Assembly (NCBI GenBank): GCA_950097015.1
Contig: CATNEN010000003.1
Location: 6,076,001 to 6,140,000 of the forward strand
Length of the DNA stretch: 64,000 bases
Direction of reading: 5' to 3'
DNA from: Macrostomum hystrix
Taxonomy: Eukaryota; Animalia; Platyhelminthes
In this document: positions 58,601-64,000 of the stretch, piece by piece
How positions within the stretch are numbered: position 1 is the first letter of the stretch
Layout of the letters: every line of letters begins with the position of its first letter
The notes under the pieces: model-generated
What the model was told of the DNA's origin: nothing
The model's input: only the letters and a program-made list of their open reading frames with translations
The model's database searches: none
Translations under genes and position numbers: made by a program

Positions 58601-61600
58601 GGTGGCGGGAAGACAGTTTGGGGTGGCGGGAAGACAGTTTGGGGTGGCGGGAAGACAGTTTGGGGTGGCGGGAAGACAGTTTGGGGTGGCGGGAAGACAG
58701 TTTGGGGGAAGGCAGTTAAGGGAGAGTAGGAAGACAGTTTTGAAGAAGAAAGACAGAATCGGGAGAAATATTGCAAAAAGCCACCCCACTTGACCATTGT
58801 GCAGGTATTCGAGCGTGTAGTCCGTCTGTCTCCAGGTGACTGGTACGCCAGGCTGCAGTTGGCCTCGGTGCTGCACAAACAGCGCCTGTTTTATCGAGCC
58901 ATCGATCTGCTCAATCAGCTGCTGGATGAGCAGCTAGGTTGCGATGATGTCGGCGATGGCAAGGTCAGAACTTATTAAATTGGCTTTACTTATCAGCCGG
59001 CGACTGTGACTGTTTCTTTATATCCCATTGAAACAATAATCCCACTCTTATTATAACCTAGGTCTCACTATAATCCAAATAGTAATCCCACTCTATCCAA
59101 ATTATAGTACTACTTTTTTCCCACTCTGATCCTAATTCCTGTCTTAAACTCACTCTAATCTCAGTTTTAGATAACAGTCCTAATCCCACTCTAATCCCAT
59201 TCTTAATCCCTATCTAATCCCAATCCTTACGCCACTTTGATCCCAATCTTAGTGTCACCTGATCCCGATATTAATCCCACTTTAACCCCAATCTTAGTCC
59301 CAATCTAATCCCAATCTTAGTCCTACTCTAATCTCAATCCTTACGCCACTTTGATCCCAATCTTAGTGTCACCTGATCCAGATATTAATCCCACTTTAAT
59401 CCCAATCTTAGTCCCAATCTAATCCCAATCTTAGTCCTAATCTAATCTCAATCCTTACGCCACTTTGATCCCAATCTTAGTGTCACCTGATCCAGATATT
59501 AATCCCACTTTAATCCCAATCTTAGTCCCAATCTAATCTCAATCCTTACGCCACTTTGATCCCAATCTTAGTGTCACCTGATCCAGATATTAATCCCACT
59601 TTAATCCCAATCTTAGTCCCAATCTAATCTCAATCCTTACGCCACTTTGATCCCAATCTTAGTGTCACCTGATCCAGATATTAATCCCACTTTAATCCCA
59701 ATCTTAGTCCTAATCTAATCTCAATCCTTACGCCACTTTGATCCCAATCTTAGTGTCACCTGATCCAGATATTAATCCCACTTTAATCCCAATCTTAGTC
59801 CCAATCTAATCTCAATCCTTACGCCACTTTGATCCCAATCTTAGTGTCACCTGATCCAGATATTAATCCCACTTTAATCTTTATTTTTTATATTTTTCTA
59901 GTTCCTATCTAAGCCGCAAGAAAATTTGTTCCAATGCGAGATTTTCTATTTGGATTCTAGGATTTATGTTAACATTGTCCCTGATCCCAATCGTAGCAAT
60001 AATCTCATTCGAACTATTACAATTATCCCCATATAACAGATATCCCTTCGCCTAATGGCCTGCAAGCAATTAGCCGAGTCGCATCTGCAATTAGGCATCG
60101 ATCTATCAGTCAAAGGACAGCACATGTCCGCTGCTAGACACCTCGTCCTATCGGCTAATTCATCTTGCGACGCTGTCCACATTGACAGCAAACCAGTCTG
60201 CGTCTGGAAACTATTGGGCGATTCTCTTTATCGTCTGGGCATTTACGAGTCCGCCGAACTGAATAGCCAACCATTCTCACAGCAGTTGTTGCGTATGCTT
60301 AGCAATACTGACAAATTGTCTGCTGCGGAATCTAGCGTACAATGCTCCACGGGACTGTCACAGCCGCTGGTTCTGCAGGGCTGTATTAGCGCCTATGCTA
60401 GCAGATTGGAGCAGGTGCAGGCTCTGGTTGCTAAGGGAGGCGATAATGGACAATCAACGGAAGGTTCGTTTTTTATGTCTATGCTCAACCTTGTTAAAGT
60501 TCATTGATGTGCATAGTCTGTGGTAAAAACTTAGTTATCTACAGTAGATAATAAGTATCTAAGATCAAGATTTTTCATGTTAAATTCTTACCCGCTGATC
60601 ACAAAGCTGCCAATTGGTACTCACCTCCTAGCAAATCTACTGCCCCATATAAGTCCCTGTCTCATCTCTCCCGTGTCTTATCTCTCCCGTGTCTCATCTC
60701 TCCCGTGTCTCATCTCTCCCGTGTCTCATCTCTCCCCTGTCTCATCTCTCCCTTGTCTCATCTCTCCCGTGTCTCATCTCTCCCGTGTCTCATCTCTCCC
60801 GTGTCTCATCTCTCCCGTGTCTCATCTCTCCCTTGTCTCATCTCTCCCGTGTATCATCTCTCCCGTGTCTCATCTCGCCCGTGTCTCATCTCTCCCGTGT
60901 CTCATCTCTCCCTTGTCTCATCTCTCCCGTGTCTCATCTCTCCCGTGTCTCATCTCTCCCGTGTCTCATCTCTCCCCTGTCTCATCTCTCCCTTGTCTCA
61001 TCTCTCCCGTGTATCATATCCAAGATATCTAATCTCTCCTGTGTATTACCTCTCCCGTGTCTCATATCTGAAATGTCTCATCTCTCCCGTGTCTCATCTC
61101 TCCCGTGTCTCATCTCTCCCGTGTCTCATCTCTCCCGTGTCTCATCTCTCCCGTGTCTCATCTCTCCCGTGTCTCATCTCTCCCGTGTCTCATCTCTCCC
61201 GTGTCTCATCTCTCCCGTGTCTCATCTCTCCCGTGTCTTATTTCCAAGATATTTAATCTCTCCTGTGTATTATCTCTCCCGTGTCTCATCTCTACCCTGT
61301 CTGATATCTCTCCCCTGTCTCCTCTCTTCCGTTTGCCATATATATAAAATGTCTCCTGTCTCCATTCCTATCTCCCCGTTGTCTCCTCTCACCAATGTGT
61401 AACCTATAGAATGCTTATCTTTCTCACATGTCTGCTCATTAAGCATAAAAGCGCATGCTTAATTTTTATTATTTCACACATTGTCAGCGGGTGTACAACG
61501 CTCAGCTACTGGCCAATTAGAATGCAACGCCAGACTAGATTGCTCTCTTGTACTACTTCGCGTGGCTCGCGTTGCGGCAGCCAATAGACGGCACTATATT

Positions 61601-63681
61601 CCCACTGACGGCGGTCAGTCTGTAATTGACGGCGGCGGTGGGGTCGGACGAGAAAGTCAGGCTCTCTACGAAGCTATGCAGCATTGCGAATTGGCTTTGA
61701 AATTGAAACCCAACCGACCCGACGCCTGGTATATTATGGGGCTTATTCAGGTAAGGTTTTTATTGTTTGAATGTCAAGATTATCTGAATTTATTGTATTT
61801 TAGTATAAATCATTTTCAAATGCTGGTTTTTAAGCAGGGGTTGTAGCCTAGCGGTTAGAGAGTCAGACTGACGACTTGAAGGTCAGGGGTTCGATTCCTG
61901 ACTCCACTGGAAAAATTTGTGACCTTTAGTACTTTTGACCTGTGACCTTTATTATAATTAACTCTGCATTGATTCAGTTCCCCCGGCTTTCAAATGGGTA
62001 CCAACATTAGCTGGGATAATTGAGGGTGGGAGTAGCGCAGGGTTTGGCAAACTTATTAGCGTGCGGGCTACGGAGAGAACACAGAAAAGACGACAGCGGG
62101 CCGCAATGACTTATGAGAAGGAGAGAGATAAGTCACACGATAGATAAGACAGTGGAGATATGAGACAGTGGAGAGATGATAATCTTCATCTCCAATTGAG
62201 AAAGAGATGAGACAGGATACTATAGGTGTTGGAAGGGGCATTGGGCCGGATTAGGGAGCAACGAGGGCCTGATCTGGCCCGCGGGCCCGAGTTTGCCGAC
62301 CCCTGGAGTAGCGTCTTCCCAGTCCGTGGACTGAACAGCTGTACGCAGCCTTCAAATGCGCCGCGCAATAGCTACAGCTGCGATAATTGATATTATCGAA
62401 GTAATCGATGGGAATTCATATTTTTAGCACAATAACCTTTTGCTTTTTTCATACTTTTAGGTGTTTTTCATTTTCATTTTTAAGTCGTTTATACGCCTTT
62501 TAGGCCCAACGAGAGCGCCGACCCCTGGCTCAGCACTGCTTCATCAAATCTCTGGATCTGGATCCGGGCCAAGCTGAAGTGTGGACAGCTCTGGGCCTAT
62601 TCTATTGCCAGCTGGACAAGCTTGAGCACGGAGCTGCCTGCTTTCGCAAAGCAATCGACGCCGATCCCACAATGTCTGCTGCTTGGGCCAGCTGCGCCAT
62701 TGTGGCCAGGATTGAGGGAAAGCAGAGCCAGATGCGGGACCTGCTGCGTCACGCTTGCAGCCTGCCTAATCCGCCGCTTGAGGTTATAATCGTGTTTTGA
62801 TATTTTTTAATAGCCGATATGTATCGAAAAACTGATTGCCATAATATTTAGGGCATTTTTTCATTTTCTCCTAGCTTTTTTACTGCCGATGTGCTATCAA
62901 ATAGATAAAATATCGCAGAAAATTACACTTAACAATTGTGTATCAATAGTTTATTAAATGGGATTTTTATCGTAGTTTAAAAATTTATTTTTTTTCTAAT
63001 CATATTGGCAGTAGTCAAATGTAGAAAAATTATCTTTTATTATTGCTTGACGGCGTAAATGAATTAAAGAAAGTACTAGAAAACATATGATTTATATTTT
63101 ATATGATTTATAGTTTACTTTTTGAGGTCTGTATTGCCGATTTGCGTCGAAAAAATGTTTTAAAAACTCGAACTCGCGACCTTTTGCATAAACCAACTAT
63201 GCAGGCTCTCCGCGAATTCACCCACTGCGTTGCCATGGAGATCACTAAGCGCCTAACAGGCAATGAATCATACTCTAGTCAATTTGGCAGCGAGTCTCAG
63301 CAATTATCCCTGACAGCCATCGATGCCTTGGCTATGCTAGCAATTCAAGCGTCCGAGTCTACTCTACCCCTAGCCCAGAGTCTGTGGCACAGACTGGGCC
63401 TACTTAATCATCGTCTGCTGTGCTTGGAACGCCTCGGTCTAGTCCGGGCCTCAGCCACTGTGGCTTCGGATCTGTTGCAGCTGGCTCTGGATGATATGCG
63501 ACTAGCCGAAAATGTTGCAGAAGAAGAGGCCGCAGCGGCTGCCTTCTCGGAGTCGTCGTTGGAGCTGCGAGCGACCATTTCTAATTGTTTGAGATGCCTC
63601 ACCTTGGCTGGAGAGTATTCCACGGTAGCGGCTAGGGCTAGTTATTTGCAAGAGTTCGTTGGCAGTGATCTTTCTGCTCAG
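52685..63681 (+). CDS. TTC37: SKI complex TPR subunit SKI3/TTC37, 3'-partial. Exons 52685-52923, 53770-54040, 54566-54901, 56350-57092, 57716-58100, 58805-58963, 60040-60463, 61488-61750, 62504-62782, 63205-63681; continues past the window
   Basis: N-terminal DNYNACVFLGAA...QLLGWK, AWTCLGEAYRLRGSFESAGK, CVWKLLGD and LAQHCFIKSL...WTALG match TTC37/SKIC3. TPR patterns throughout; GT-AG junctions are phase-compatible. Confidence 0.9.
52930..53495. repeat. About 31-33-bp pyrimidine-rich minisatellite (CCCCATTTCTCCTCCATATCCGATTCTACC)n, TTC37 intron 1
   Basis: Visible array starting right after the donor. Confidence 0.9.
54066..54540. repeat. About 36-bp minisatellite (GATCCTCAAATTGTGTTAATCCTAATCTTTCCCGTA)n, TTC37 intron 2
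   Basis: Array fills nearly the whole intron. Confidence 0.9.
55135..56225. repeat. 29-bp minisatellite (CTGATAATCCAGTCATGGGATTCCTCAGT)n, TTC37 intron 3
   Basis: Visible array. Confidence 0.97.
57097..57608. repeat. Same 29-bp family (…GGGATTTCTCAGT variant), TTC37 intron 4
   Basis: Starts within the donor: GTGAGT|CTGATAATCC. Confidence 0.97.
58188..58745. repeat. G-rich 20-21-bp minisatellite (GACGGTTTAGGGTGGGGTAA)n, TTC37 intron 5
   Basis: Visible array; switches to GACAGTTTGGGGTGGCGGGAA at the 3' end. Confidence 0.95.
59170..59878. repeat. About 91-bp composite minisatellite built from TAATCCCAATCTTAG-like subunits, TTC37 intron 6
   Basis: Recurrent AATCCTTACGCCACTTTGATCCCAATCTTAGTGTCACCTGATCC blocks. 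Confidence 0.9.
60656..61320. repeat. 16-bp minisatellite (TCTCATCTCTCCCGTG)n, TTC37 intron 7
   Basis: Visible array; the ORFs are artefacts. Confidence 0.95.
61837..62385 (+). mobile_element. tRNA-derived SINE family B (CORE-like centre), interrupted by a hAT MITE
   Basis: A box TAGCCTAGCGG, B box GGTTCGATTCC, TGTGACCTT...CAAATGGGTACC centre. Removing 62038-62313 restores colinearity with the copy at 63700. Confidence 0.8.
62038..62305. mobile_element. 268-bp non-autonomous hAT (Charlie-like) MITE
   Basis: TIRs CAGGGTTTGGCAAACT / AGTTTGCCGACCCCTG (14/16 match); perfect 8-bp TSD GAGTAGCG at 62030-62037 and 62306-62313; subterminal GGCCCGCGGGCC. Confidence 0.92.
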
Positions 63682-63701
63682 GTGAGAATTTTCATGATTA
63701 T

Positions 63702-63935
63702 ATGGCTTTAGTTGGATTCACAACTTGTAGGTCAGGAGTTCGATTCCTGTCCTGACTTGAACAGTTTTGTGTTCTTTAGTAAAATTATTCATTCTGCGTT
63801 GCTTCAGTGCACCCAGCTGTTAAATTGGGAACCAGCATTAGCTGGGGTAATTTAGGGTGGGTTTGGCGTCCCCCCAGTCCATGGACTGAACGCAGCGTTC
63901 TGATGCTCCCCACAATTGCTGCGGCTTTGCTCAGC
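63702..63935 (+). mobile_element. SINE family B copy
   Basis: B box GAGTTCGATTCC, CACCCAGCTGTTAAATTGGGAACCAGCATTAGCTGGGG, palindrome CAGTCCATGGACTG. Confidence 0.8.
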
Positions 63936-64000
63936 AATATAAAGGATAAATATATAAAGATATAAAGGTTATTATATTTTTAAGCAAAAATGTTTTTGAG

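Noticed and set aside
52924-61402. Pro-, Ser- or Leu-rich ORFs in TTC37 introns (52924, 54263, 58516, 60577-61402) and 13512-13991
   Set aside because: All are translations of intronic minisatellites.

Overview
This is eukaryotic, intron-containing animal DNA, not prokaryotic. The private minisatellite in most introns and spacers, the poly-Ala tracts and the splice acceptors just upstream of start codons suggest a flatworm such as Macrostomum (inference only). Eight protein-coding genes can be reconstructed by hand with frame-consistent splice junctions. Six lie on the + strand: a TSP1-TM-PPxY membrane protein, a small Cys-rich TM-PPxY protein, ELP6, ZNHIT3 with an RGG extension, DNA polymerase kappa, and SKI3/TTC37, which runs off the window. 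Two DEG/ENaC channel genes lie on the - strand. The standout is the channel at 35959-40752: three exons bounded by phase-1 introns insert two tandem kringle domains into its extracellular finger region. The first kringle is not visible in the ORF track because it is split over two exons. About half of the window is tandem repeat, and all long ORFs in those arrays are artefacts. The window also holds two tRNA-derived SINE families, a hAT MITE nested in a SINE, a TIR element inside a GC-AG intron and a small structured MITE-like element.
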